Positions 18,722-28,770 are shown, counted from the stretch's first letter. The stretch is DNA of 64,000 nt from a bacterium (GCA_965261595.1 CBDHDG010000006.1:960001-1024000); one strand, 5' to 3'. The notes: generated from the sequence alone by a model not told the origin. Program-made: numbers and translations.

Positions 18722-19150
18722 ATGAAGAATTGCCCGGAGGTTCCTATGGAATCCTTGACGATCGAAAAGGTCGCCCGCGGGGCGGGTGTGAACGTCGAGA
18801 CGGTTCGCTACTACGAGCGCAGGGGGCTGATCGAGCGGCCAACCAGCCGGCGGGGGGCTTACCGGGTCTATCCGTCCGAGACCGTCGGCCGCATCCTGAG
18901 CATCAAGCGCGCCCAGCGGCTCGGGTTCTCCCTGGATGAGATCAAAGAGCTGTTGGCCATGCGATCGGACGCCCGGGCCCGGTGCGGCGACGTGCGCGTC
19001 CAGGCCGAGCGGAAGATGGCCGAGATTGAGGAGAAGATCAAGGCCCTGCGGGCCGTGAAGAAATCGCTCGGCAAGCTCGCCGACGCCTGCCGGAGGGAGC
19101 TGCCTGTGACGGAGTGCCCGATTCTGAAAAACCTGAGCGGGGTTTCCTGA
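18722..19150 (+). CDS. merR: MerR-family metal-responsive regulator
   Basis: LTI..VA..AGVNVETVRYYERRGL, IKRAQRLGFSLDEIKELL. Three Cys (RCGD, ACRR, ECPIL) at Hg-MerR-like positions. Start could be 18746. Confidence 0.88.
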   Translation: MKNCPEVPMESLTIEKVARGAGVNVETVRYYERRGLIERPTSRRGAYRVYPSETVGRILSIKRAQRLGFSLDEIKELLAMRSDARARCGDVRVQAERKMAEIEEKIKALRAVKKSLGKLADACRRELPVTECPILKNLSGVS

Positions 19151-19237
19151 AGGTGAGGTGAATCGCTCCCGCCCTCAGGACCCCGTCGCGTCTCCGGCCC
19201 CCCGGCGGCCCGGCCCCCCGGTCGCCCCGCCGCCGAG

Positions 19238-19456
19238 TCAGGATTCTTCACCTTTGGGCAGGAACTGAATCGTCAGAATTTCTCTGTCTTGGCCCGAAAA
19301 TGGGCCGTATCTGTCCACGTAGGGCCTGAGGGGGAAAAAGATGGATTTCCGGCCTTCACATCGGGGTTTCGAGTCGGCAGAATGACCATCCCGGCACGGG
19401 ATCACCTTGATATGGGCCACGAGGGTCCTGATCCAGCGATTTGCCTGTGCCTTCAT
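19238..19456 (-). CDS. Small hypothetical protein (72 aa) downstream of the c-di-GMP riboswitch
   Basis: Strong AAGGAGG RBS before MKAQANRW...; no family recognised. Confidence 0.5.
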   Translation of the reverse strand: MKAQANRWIRTLVAHIKVIPCRDGHSADSKPRCEGRKSIFFPLRPYVDRYGPFSGQDREILTIQFLPKGEES

Positions 19457-19516
19457 TGGGTCCTTCCTCCTTTGCACTCCGGTGGTCGGAGAGGAAGTCC
19501 GCCCCTCTCCTCATTC

Positions 19517-19606
19517 TTCGGCGGGCCGGCTGTCTGGGGGGGAGATGATTTCAGACCCAGACCCGTGCCTTTGCGTCCCGGCCTCTCGACCGGTTTGCCC
19601 TTATCG
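19517..19606 (-). ncRNA. Cyclic di-GMP-I (GEMM-I) riboswitch
   Basis: Minus strand reads GGGCAAACCGGTC-GAGA-GGCCGG-GACGCAAAG-GCACGGGTCT...GACAGCCGGCCCGCCGAA: GNRA tetraloop plus the GEMM consensus blocks. Confidence 0.88.
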
Positions 19607-19781
19607 AAACAAGGGTCACTCAATTCCGCAGGTGCGAATCCTTTCGAGGAATCACGAAAATAATCTATCCATACGATACTTATCGGCGGGAAGGGCGACG
19701 GGCTTTAGCCCGAAATTCCAATCCAAGGAAGGGGCGAACCCTATTTCACCATTTCGGCGATCACGCGGATCGGGTCCGCCT

Positions 19782-21821
19782 TCAACGCTTCCGCGAACCT
19801 TCGCCGAACAGCCGGCCGGCGGCCTCGGCCAGGCCTTCCACCTCGTCCACGACGGGCCAGGGAGGGAGCCCTTCCAGGAAAATCCGGCCGTAGGGCCGCG
19901 TGTGAAGCCTGGAGTCCAGGACGGCGAGGAGGCCCCGATCCTCCCGGCTTCGAATCAGACGCCCCAGCCCCTGTTTCAAGGCGAGAACGGCCCGGGGAAC
20001 CTGGTAGGTCAGGAAGGCGTTCTCCCCCTCGGCGCCGATAGCCTCAGAGCGGGCCTCGACCAGCGGGTCCCCCGGACTGGGGAAGGGGAGTTTATCGATA
20101 ATGACGCAGCTCAGGGCGTCCCCTTGAACGTCCACGCCCTGCCAGAAGCTGGCCGTCGCGAAGAGGACCGAGGTCCGATCCCGCCGGAACTCGTCCAGAA
20201 GACGGGCCCGGGGGGCCTCGCCCTGGATCAGCACCCGGTGCGGAATCCGGTCCTTCAGCCGCCCGTGAACCGTTCTTAAATTCCGGTAGCTGGTGAAGAG
20301 CACGAAGGCCCGGCCCTCGCAAATCTCCAGGAGCAATTCGATGTGGGGGCAGATGGCGTCGATCCATTCCCGGGTGTTGGGCCGGGCGGAAATCCGGGGA
20401 ACAAACAGGGCCGCCTGGCGTGCGTGATCGAAGGGGGAAGGCAGGAGAATCTCGCCCGCTCCGTCCAGCCCGAGACGCTCCCGGATGAAGCGAAACGAGT
20501 CCCCGGAGCTCAGGGTGGCCGAGGTCAGGACCACCCCCTGTACGCGCTCGAACAACTCCTCCCGCAACACCCCGCTCACGTCGATGGGCGACGCCGTCAC
20601 GGCCACGCCCCGCCCCCGGGTCTGAACCCAGGAGATGTACGCGCTGTCTTCCATCCTGAGGATGAATTCGATCTCGCCCGCGATCTCCTGGGCGCGCCGG
20701 GAGACGGTCTTCAGGCCCTCGCTCCGGGCGCTGTCCGCCGCGCGCGCGAGCGCTTTCAGTCCGGCCGTCAAAGCGTTCGCGGCCTCCGACAGGACCCGCG
20801 TCACATCCTCCGGGCGGAGACGGCGGCGCTCGCCGGAATCCTCCCGGGGCCGCTTTTCTTCCGTGCTCCCCTTCCTTCCGCCGGGACGGTCTTTTCCGGC
20901 CTCCCGAAAGAGCGGCCCCGTCCCCGGCAGGGCGGAGAAAAACGCGTCGGAGGATTTCGCCACCCCGGCCAGGGTGTTCGTGATGTCGTCTTCCCCTTTC
21001 CCGGTCGCCGCCCGCAGGGTGTCGCGCGCGAGGTCTTCGATGCGGCCCCGGCTGACGGTGGTCCCGAAGTAGTCCGTGGCGACGTCCTCCAGGCTGTGCG
21101 CCTCGTCGAAAATGACGGCGGCGTAAGTGGGCAGAATGCCGCCCGAAAATCCGTCGCCGCCGTGCAGCCGGAGGTTGAGGTCCGAGAAGAACAGGTGGTG
21201 GTTAACGACGACCACGTCCGAGGCGGCCGCCCGTTGCCGGGCCCGCTGGATGAACGGCTCCCCGAACTCGGCGCAAAAGCCCGGATTGCACGCCTCGGCG
21301 GAGCAGCAGAGGTCCCGCCAGACGGTGTAGTCCTCGGGCACGCCCTCCGCTTCCGCGATGTCCCCGGTCGCCGTCTTCCCGGCCCAGTCCCGGACCTTGT
21401 CAAAAAGCGCGGCATCCTCGCGGGAGCGGAGCGCCGGCTCCTCGAGGAATTCCCGGTAGCGCCGGGGACAGAGGTAGTTGTGCCGTCCCTTGAGGACGCA
21501 GACCCGGAAGGTGTGGCCGAGGGCCTTCTCGAGTATTCGGAGGTCTTTGTGAAGGATCTGGTCCTGAAGGTTTCGGGTCCCGGTGGAGATGACAACGCGG
21601 CGGCCCAACAGGACGGCGGGTCCGAGATAGGCCAGCGTCTTGCCCGTTCCGGTCCCTGCTTCGACCAGGAGCTTTCCGCCGTCTTGAAGGACGTCGGCCA
21701 CCGCCGCGGCCATTTCGACCTGGGAGGGGCGGTGCTCGTACTCCGGCAGGGACTTGGCGAGGCGGCCCCCGGGTCCGAACAGCTCTTCGGCCAGGCGCTC
21801 GCCGTGTGTGGGTTCAGTCAT
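19782..21821 (-). CDS. DinG/YoaA-family ATP-dependent DNA helicase
   Basis: EAGTGTGKTLAYL, KGRHNYLC, DEAH, LTSATL, FWQGVD, KLPF, QGLGRLIR. Confidence 0.93.
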   Translation of the reverse strand: MTEPTHGERLAEELFGPGGRLAKSLPEYEHRPSQVEMAAAVADVLQDGGKLLVEAGTGTGKTLAYLGPAVLLGRRVVISTGTRNLQDQILHKDLRILEKALGHTFRVCVLKGRHNYLCPRRYREFLEEPALRSREDAALFDKVRDWAGKTATGDIAEAEGVPEDYTVWRDLCCSAEACNPGFCAEFGEPFIQRARQRAAASDVVVVNHHLFFSDLNLRLHGGDGFSGGILPTYAAVIFDEAHSLEDVATDYFGTTVSRGRIEDLARDTLRAATGKGEDDITNTLAGVAKSSDAFFSALPGTGPLFREAGKDRPGGRKGSTEEKRPREDSGERRRLRPEDVTRVLSEAANALTAGLKALARAADSARSEGLKTVSRRAQEIAGEIEFILRMEDSAYISWVQTRGRGVAVTASPIDVSGVLREELFERVQGVVLTSATLSSGDSFRFIRERLGLDGAGEILLPSPFDHARQAALFVPRISARPNTREWIDAICPHIELLLEICEGRAFVLFTSYRNLRTVHGRLKDRIPHRVLIQGEAPRARLLDEFRRDRTSVLFATASFWQGVDVQGDALSCVIIDKLPFPSPGDPLVEARSEAIGAEGENAFLTYQVPRAVLALKQGLGRLIRSREDRGLLAVLDSRLHTRPYGRIFLEGLPPWPVVDEVEGLAEAAGRLFGEGSRKR

Positions 21822-22418
21822 CGCCCCGAGGTCGTGAGGCGGACGGGCTTTCTTCCGGCCGGGTCTCCGGCTTCAGGAAGACGGCCGTGGGCGCGTTTCG
21901 CCGCGTTGCTCCTTTGCATTTCGCCGCCGCCGTCGCGGGGCGGGAATCTCAACCGCTGAAAATGGGAATGACGCCGTTTGCTCACTGGATTCCGCACGCT
22001 CCGCCGAACTGAATCCTTGCCCGGCCGGCTTGTTGATCGCCGCCTCGGGAGCGACCGCCGACCGGGCCGCCCGAGGCCGACCTGAGGCTCAAAAGGATAC
22101 CCGCAATCATCGGCAAAAGCACGGAGGCGAAGCCGGGCGGAGGGATGGAAACTTCTACACCGATGCCGCATCAAGCTCGCGACAGGAGCCCGCAAAGGAA
22201 ATCGAGAGGGGGTTGATTTGGAAATCCGTAGCGAGGACAGCCACCTTGGGGATTTTCAGCGCCGGGCTAATCCGTGTCTCGGAGATAACTTCACAAACTC
22301 CGAACTTCCTCAAAGAAGGGTGCCACTGGCGGCTTGCCCGCCAGTGCTTCATTTTTTGGGAAATCCAAAGGGCATCCTGGCACCTGCTACTTATTGAAAG
22401 CATTTCTGAGACCCGACA

Positions 22419-23557
22419 CTAGGAGTTTTGAATGGTCTCGACAGCCCAATTGAATGTTTCGAGAAATTGATCAAGACGGTTCTCGTCCCTCAGCACAGAT
22501 AATATGATGGAAGGACGTTTGGTAATTCGGTTCTCTGGAATATCTACACCCGGAGTCTGATTTAGCCGGTCCCGTAGACTCAGCCGGTTGGATTCTATGC
22601 TGAATGGTTTCTTTTCTTTCATTATCTGAAATTGAACCTCGATGGTCCCATAAGTCCACACAGAAATTAAAGAATGGGTTATTCCTTTATGATGCAGTAA
22701 TAGAAAAAATGACCCCGATCGGTTTCCTTTTCCCCACCATATTTGAAGGTTCTTGTCTATTGCCCAGTTCAAAATTCTTCTTGTAACCTGCGCATCCTGT
22801 TCACCCTTTCTATTGAGAAGTTCATCAAAGAAGGGTTTTTCATCCCATTGTTTTTCAGCTCGGGTTCTACCAGACCTCCTTTGCTGTGCCTCGGCGGTCT
22901 GCCCCATAACTCGGGGACCAGGGTTTTTAATCCTTCGCTTATGTATTGCCGAATCTCAACAGCCAAGACCTCTGCCGGGTCCATTTGAGAATTCAAGAAT
23001 TCCACTATGCGACGAAGCTCCCCCGGAATTTCATCAGCGACGAAGACTAGGCGCACCCTGCCCGCCTGTAGGTTGGTTTTTACGGTTTGCCAAAACATCT
23101 GGAGATCCCCATCTGTGCCTAAAAACTCCTTCAGAATTCCGTCCGGATTATAGCCATGTGTTTCGCACCTTGTTTCGAACTTTGCTTGAATCGTTTCGAC
23201 AGGCCAATAGACAACGGCATTAGCTGCGTAGTCGAGCATTTGACCAATGACTTCCCGTCGAATCCGTGTATCGGAGCTTCGCTTGACCTCTACCAAGGTA
23301 GGAATTGCATCTTGATCGAGAAACAAATGATCGACGGACCAGCGCTCTCTCCCTTCTTCCTCCGATGCCAAGCCGGCTTCACGCGAAACCAACAACCATT
23401 TTCTGGGCTCATCGCTGTCAATTTGGTCACCCGCCAAAAGGTCAGGATATTTCTCAAGGAGTTCCTGAAGCAATTCCTCCGAATCGTAAGGCTGCTCCTT
23501 CATCTCAACAAGTCGACCATCATCCTGGATCAAGAAAATTCCCCCGCCCATGCCCAT
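22419..23557 (-). pseudogene. PD-(D/E)XK (NucS/DUF91-like) nuclease-domain protein, frameshifted near 22915
   Basis: E..LQ, VDHLFLD...LVEVK...Q.LDYA. One extra C in a C-run would join LKTLVP to RVMGQTAE. AT-richer than its neighbours. Confidence 0.7.
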
Positions 23558-23585
23558 GCCCTTCCCATTGGGACTAACACGAAAA

Positions 23586-25220
23586 CTAATGCCGGAAATG
23601 CCGCATCCCGGTCAGGACCATGGCGACGCCCGCCTCGTCGGCGGCCGCAATCACCTCCTGGTCCCGCTTCGATCCCCCCGGCTGCACGATGGCCGCGACC
23701 CCCGCCTCGGCCGCGGCGTCCACGCCGTCGCGGAAGGGGAAGAAGGCGTCCGAGGCCAGGACCGACCCCGGAAGCGCTTCGCCGCGACCCGCCTCGCGCG
23801 CCTTCCACACCGCAAGCTTGACCGAATCCACCCGGCTCATCTGCCCCGCCCCGACACCGAGGGTCACCATCCCGCCTTCCAGACCCGCCGGGCCCGCAAT
23901 CAGGATGGCGTTGGATTTGACGTGCTTCACCACCCGCCAGGCGAACGCCAGCAGCTCGAACTCCAGAACCGTGGGCTTGCGCTTCGTCGGGATCTCGCAG
24001 GATCCCAGGTTGAACCGGAACCGGTCCGCCTGCTGGACGAGCACCCCGCCGGGGACGGACCGGATGTCGAGCTCCGGCTCTCCCGCCGCGCCGGAGGCCA
24101 ACGCGGGCCATCTCAGGACGCGCAGGTCCTTTTTCTTTTTCAGCGTTCCCAGGGCCTCGTCCGCAAAATCCGGCGCGGCGAGGACTTCCAGGAATCGGCC
24201 GGCAAGGATTTCCGCCGACTCCCCGTCGAGGGGCCGGTTCAAGACGACGATGCCCCCGAAGGCGGACATCCTGTCCGCGTCGAAGGCCGCCGCGAGCGTT
24301 TCGGCCGGGCGCGCCCCTTCTCCTTCTCCCTCCCCCCCCCCTCCCCCCCCGGCGGCGACGCCGCACGGGTTGCTGTGCTTGACGACCACCGCGGCGGTCT
24401 CGGTGAACTCCAGGGCCATCGCCGCGGCCGCGCCCAGGTCCAGAAGGTTGTTGTACGAGAGCTCCTTGCCCTGGAGCTTCTCCGCGTCGAGAACCGAGAA
24501 ACCGGCCGGCAGGGCCGAGCGGTAGAGGGCGGCCCGCTGGTGAGGGTTCTCACCGTAGCGCAGGTCCAGGACCCGATCGAGACCGAGGGGCAGAAACGGG
24601 GGGAGGTCGGCCTCGGCGTCCCCATTCGACTCCCGGACTTGCCCGACGGATTGAAGGTGCTGGCTGATGGCCCCGTCGTACCCGGCCGTGTGGAGGAAGA
24701 CCTTGACCGCCAGCCGCCGCCGGACGTCATCGGGCACGTCCTCCATCAGGTCGAGGTATTTCAGGATCTCCGGATAGTCGCCGGGGTCGGACAGGACGAC
24801 GACCCGCTGGAAGTTCTTGGCCGCCGCCCGCAGGAGGGAGACGCCGCCGATGTCGATGTTCTCCAGGGCGTCCTCGAGCGTCACGTCCGGCGCGGCGACG
24901 GTCTCTCGAAAGGGGTACAGGTTCACGGCCACCAGGTCGATGACCGGCACGTCCGATCCGGGCGCTTCGGGCTCGGCCGACCGCCGGTGGAGGATGCCGC
25001 CGAAGATCCGCGGGTGGAGGGTCTTGACCCTTCCGCCGAGAATCTCCCCCTGGCCGGTGTATTCGGAAACGGACGTGACCCGGACGCCGATTTCTTCCAG
25101 GAGCCGGGCGGTCCCGCCGGTCGAGAGGATCTCGACGTCCCGCGCGGACAGGGCCTCCGCCAACTCACGGACGCCGGATTTGTCGTAGACGCTGATGAGG
25201 GCGCGGCGAATGGCGGGCAT
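23586..25220 (-). CDS. purH: Bifunctional AICAR transformylase / IMP cyclohydrolase
   Basis: RALISVYDK, STGGT, GRVKTLHP, RYGENPHQ, KHSNPCG, KSNAI, GQMSRVDS, SDAFFPF, RHFRH. Confidence 0.97.
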   Translation of the reverse strand: MPAIRRALISVYDKSGVRELAEALSARDVEILSTGGTARLLEEIGVRVTSVSEYTGQGEILGGRVKTLHPRIFGGILHRRSAEPEAPGSDVPVIDLVAVNLYPFRETVAAPDVTLEDALENIDIGGVSLLRAAAKNFQRVVVLSDPGDYPEILKYLDLMEDVPDDVRRRLAVKVFLHTAGYDGAISQHLQSVGQVRESNGDAEADLPPFLPLGLDRVLDLRYGENPHQRAALYRSALPAGFSVLDAEKLQGKELSYNNLLDLGAAAAMALEFTETAAVVVKHSNPCGVAAGGGGGGEGEGEGARPAETLAAAFDADRMSAFGGIVVLNRPLDGESAEILAGRFLEVLAAPDFADEALGTLKKKKDLRVLRWPALASGAAGEPELDIRSVPGGVLVQQADRFRFNLGSCEIPTKRKPTVLEFELLAFAWRVVKHVKSNAILIAGPAGLEGGMVTLGVGAGQMSRVDSVKLAVWKAREAGRGEALPGSVLASDAFFPFRDGVDAAAEAGVAAIVQPGGSKRDQEVIAAADEAGVAMVLTGMRHFRH

Positions 25221-25377
25221 TTCGGCTCTCTAAGGTGTATGGCTTCCGAGAAACGGGACTCGGCGGGACAACGCCGGGAAGGGGGTCTCCGACCCTAGGG
25301 GGTCCTCCGACTCTATGAGTCCTCCGATCCCAATGGCCCGGCCTGCCGGAAATCCCGGGTCCGCGTCTGGCGCCGCT

Positions 25378-26163
25378 TCACTTCCCTTTGAACTCGGGCG
25401 GCCGCTTCTCCAGGAACGCCCGGACGCCTTCCTTGAAATCCTCGCTCTGGAACCCCCGGATGCGGAGGGCGTGGATGGCCCGCTCCGCTTCTGCCGAAGC
25501 GCCTTCCAGGGAGGTCTGGACGGCGCGCTTGGCCCCCTGGACGGTCAGGGGGGCGTTGCGGGCGACCTTCTCCGCCAAGTCGTTCGTGAACTCCGACAGC
25601 TCGGAGGCCGGAAGGACGTGATTCACCAGACCGACGCGCAGGGCCTCCGGCGCTTCCACCGGCCGGCCCGTCATGAGGAGATCCTTGGCCGTCGCCGCCC
25701 CGACCAGATGGACCAGCCGCCGGGTGCTGGGGAGGCTATAGACGACCCCCAGTTTTCCGGCGGGAACGCCCATCCTGAGCGTATCGGCCGCTATCCGGAG
25801 GTCGCACGCGGTGGCAAGGCCGCAGCCTCCCCCCATGGCGAACCCGTAAATCATGGCGATCACCGGCTTGGACGCGGCCTCGACGCCGCTGAGGGCCCCC
25901 TCGTAGGCGGCGCTGTGGTCCATCGCCCCTTCCGGGGTGGACATGGTGGCCTCGAACTCGCTGATGTCGGCCCCGGAGGCGAAGGCCTTCTCGCCCGCCC
26001 CGCGCACAACGATCACCCGGACCTCCGGGTCTTCATCCAGGGCCTTCATCCGGTCCGGCAGGTCCCGCCACATGGACAGAGAGATCGCGTTGCGGACGCC
26101 GGGGCGGTTGATAGTCAATGTCGCGACCGGTCCGTCGCGTGAAACCAGGAAGTCGTCGCTCAT
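25378..26163 (-). CDS. Enoyl-CoA hydratase/isomerase (crotonase) family protein
   Basis: TLTINRP..RNA, AFASGADISE, KPVIA.I.G.AMGGG, D.RIA, EGVRAFLEKR.P.F.GK. Confidence 0.92.
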   Translation of the reverse strand: MSDDFLVSRDGPVATLTINRPGVRNAISLSMWRDLPDRMKALDEDPEVRVIVVRGAGEKAFASGADISEFEATMSTPEGAMDHSAAYEGALSGVEAASKPVIAMIYGFAMGGGCGLATACDLRIAADTLRMGVPAGKLGVVYSLPSTRRLVHLVGAATAKDLLMTGRPVEAPEALRVGLVNHVLPASELSEFTNDLAEKVARNAPLTVQGAKRAVQTSLEGASAEAERAIHALRIRGFQSEDFKEGVRAFLEKRPPEFKGK

Positions 26164-26219
26164 CCGCTTGTCATTTCCTGAATCGGCGGCTCGGGCATGG
26201 GAGATGAACGAAGCGCCGC

Positions 26220-27044
26220 TCATTCCTTGAGCTGGTCGTAGAACACCCCCACGCTGATCTTTTGCATGCGCGCGGCGTGCTCGGCGAACCACTTCGGGAC
26301 CTCGAAGCCGTCGGGGTATGGGACTTCTTCCATAACCTCCTCCCGGCTCTTGCCCCCGGCGATGGCGTCCCGCACCCGGAATCGGATGCCCATCAAAATG
26401 TCCCGGGCGTTCAAGGCGAAGCTCGCGTCGCAGACGGGGCCGTGTCCCGGAACGATCACATGGGGGTGGATCTCCTTGTAGATGCGGTTCAGCGTGTCGT
26501 GCCAGCCGTGGATGACCCCCTCGTGGCACATCGGCGGCCACTGATTGACCACGTTGTCCCCGGAGAAGAGGACGTGCGCCTCCGGCAGCCAGACCATGGT
26601 GTGATTGCGGGTGTGGCCGTCGGCGCTGAGGAGCTCGATCCGGCGTCCGCCGACCCGAAGGGTGAACCGGTCGGTGAAGGTAAGGGACGGTGCCCGCATC
26701 GTGAAGCCGGAAAAATCCATTTCGCACTCGGCCCCGACCCGGGGGATGAATTCGCTCAGGTGATCCGGGTAGCGGGCGAACTCGTCTTTGAGGGACGCGT
26801 GGCAGATCATCTCGGCTTCGGAGAAAAACCCGTGCCCGCCGATGTGATCGGGGTGCCCGTGGGTGGGAATGAAATACCGGGGCGTCCCCTGGGAGCGGAC
26901 GAACGCTCCCCAATCCCGGGCTTCGGCCGGGATGAAGGGCGCATCCACCAGAACCACACCGTCGTCGGTGACGATGCATCCGACGTTGGCCAATTCATAA
27001 TCGGTTTGGGTGAATACGCCGGGCGCCACTTCCTCGGGGGGCAT
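26220..27044 (-). CDS. MBL-fold metallo-hydrolase (cyclase-like)
   Basis: THGHPDHIGG, GHT, FSGD, VPGHG. Confidence 0.88.
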   Translation of the reverse strand: MPPEEVAPGVFTQTDYELANVGCIVTDDGVVLVDAPFIPAEARDWGAFVRSQGTPRYFIPTHGHPDHIGGHGFFSEAEMICHASLKDEFARYPDHLSEFIPRVGAECEMDFSGFTMRAPSLTFTDRFTLRVGGRRIELLSADGHTRNHTMVWLPEAHVLFSGDNVVNQWPPMCHEGVIHGWHDTLNRIYKEIHPHVIVPGHGPVCDASFALNARDILMGIRFRVRDAIAGGKSREEVMEEVPYPDGFEVPKWFAEHAARMQKISVGVFYDQLKE

Positions 27045-27118
27045 GGGTGCTTCCTTTCCAGTTGAAGATTCCGGATATGACCGAACCCGCCGTACCGATT
27101 CGCCGATGACGGTCGGAC

Positions 27119-28006
27119 TCATTCGCCCTTGTTGACGAGCGGTTTTCTCTTCTTCTTGGGCTTCTCTTCCTTGGGGGGCCGGTTCAGGACGTCGTAAATC
27201 CGCCCGATGCTCTTGCCTCCCAGGACCTGGTAAAAGTCGGGGGCTTTCTTCACGATGGGGTCCCACTTGAGAACGTAGTCCTTCATCTCCTGCGCCTGCT
27301 CCTTCGTCTTCCCGCCGTCGACGGCCTTCTGGACCATCGCGACCAGATCCTGGATGTCTTTGCGCAAGACGGCCAACACCGACTTGTCGGAGACCTCGCC
27401 GTGACCGGGGCAGATCACGTTGATGTCCATCCCCTCGATGAAGTCCAGCGTTTCGAGCCACGCGGCGGCCACGCCGGAGTGGAGGAGAGGCGGCCAGTCT
27501 TCCACAACGTTGTCGCCCGGCAGAAAAGCCCGGGCGTCCTCCACGTAGACCATCGCCTGATTCTCGGTGTGGCCGACCCGGTGGATGAGCTGAATCTCTC
27601 GGCCGCCGAGATACAGGGTCATTCGGTCGTTGAAGAGGATGTCCGGCTTGCGGAACTCGAACCCCTCCGCCCGGGCGACACCGTCCGGGTCCGTGGGCTT
27701 GACCCGCTCGAGCCATCCCTCGGGGGTCTCCCCCACCGTCTCGTGGAACCGCTCCAGCGTCCCCTCGTGGGCGACGAACCGGGCGTCCCGGAAGAACCAG
27801 TTCCCCATGATGTGGTCGGCGTGGTGCTCGGTGTTCACCTGGTATCGGATCGGCCCGATCTTTTCCACCTGGGCCCGCCAGTCGAGGGCGTCGGAGGGAT
27901 TTTGCGGGTTGTCCACCAGAACGAGGCCGTCGTCCGTTTTCACGCAGGAGACGTTGCACCCGTAATACTTGATTTCGGAAAAGACCCCGTCGGCGATCTC
28001 TTGCAT
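27119..28006 (-). CDS. MBL-fold metallo-hydrolase (cyclase-like), paralog of the adjacent gene
   Basis: NTEHHADHIMGN, GHT, PGD, CPGHG. Confidence 0.88.
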   Translation of the reverse strand: MQEIADGVFSEIKYYGCNVSCVKTDDGLVLVDNPQNPSDALDWRAQVEKIGPIRYQVNTEHHADHIMGNWFFRDARFVAHEGTLERFHETVGETPEGWLERVKPTDPDGVARAEGFEFRKPDILFNDRMTLYLGGREIQLIHRVGHTENQAMVYVEDARAFLPGDNVVEDWPPLLHSGVAAAWLETLDFIEGMDINVICPGHGEVSDKSVLAVLRKDIQDLVAMVQKAVDGGKTKEQAQEMKDYVLKWDPIVKKAPDFYQVLGGKSIGRIYDVLNRPPKEEKPKKKRKPLVNKGE

Positions 28007-28188
28007 GTTGTTCCTCCCTGTCGTCCGAGTCGGGCCGCAAGGCGGGTCCGCGCAATGGGCGGGCGCCAAGGAGAGCGATCCGTCAAGGATATCCACGTCC
28101 GCTCAAGGCTTCCGCCCCGCCGGAATCCTCCCAAACGCCCGGATTTTCTCACACGCACATTCCGATGGAAAGGGGTCGCCGGCGGGCG

Positions 28189-28770
28189 TCAGGGGAGCGG
28201 AAGGCGCTCCAAGTAAACCAGGTCAGGGACGGGGGGCTTGTCGCTTTCCAGGAGGATCGCGGCCACCAGGACGCACCGCCCGCCGGCGCGCTCGATCAGC
28301 GCATGGGCGGCGATGAGGGTGCCCCCGGTGGAAACCACGTCATCCACCAAAAGGACGTTCTTGCCGCGAATCCGCTCCACGTCCGGCCCGTCCAGGACGA
28401 GACGCTGCTCGCCCGTGGTGGTGATGCTGGTGTACCGGACCGAGAGGGGGTTCTGCATGTATTCCTTGGAGCCCTTGCGCAGGACAATGTAGCGTTTGTG
28501 CCCCGCGCGCAAGGCCAGGGCCTGAAGCAGGGCGATGCTCTTGGCCTCGGTCCCGACGATGAGGTCGAAAGATAGATCCCGTTTCCTGATCTCCCGGCCG
28601 ATGGCCGCGTACAGAAGATCCGCGCAGACCTCGTTGAGCTCGGTGTCCCCCAGCATAACGAACGAGGCGATGCGCTTCCCCGATGGGAAGGTCACGATCG
28701 GCAGGTCGCGGGAGATCTTTCCGCCAATGGTGAGGGGGTAAGTGTCATGGGTGCGGGGGGCGTGAGCCAT
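28189..28770 (-). CDS. Type I phosphoribosyltransferase (adenine/xanthine PRT-like)
   Basis: VLLVDDVVSTGGT PRPP-binding loop. Confidence 0.85.
   Translation of the reverse strand: MAHAPRTHDTYPLTIGGKISRDLPIVTFPSGKRIASFVMLGDTELNEVCADLLYAAIGREIRKRDLSFDLIVGTEAKSIALLQALALRAGHKRYIVLRKGSKEYMQNPLSVRYTSITTTGEQRLVLDGPDVERIRGKNVLLVDDVVSTGGTLIAAHALIERAGGRCVLVAAILLESDKPPVPDLVYLERLPLP

Noticed and set aside
21818..22422. Short ORFs between the DinG helicase and the nuclease gene
   Set aside because: No recognisable motifs or convincing RBS; left unannotated.
25221..25377. ZMP/ZTP riboswitch upstream of purH
   Set aside because: The conserved GACUGGCG...GUGG...CGCCUGGG blocks are not visible.
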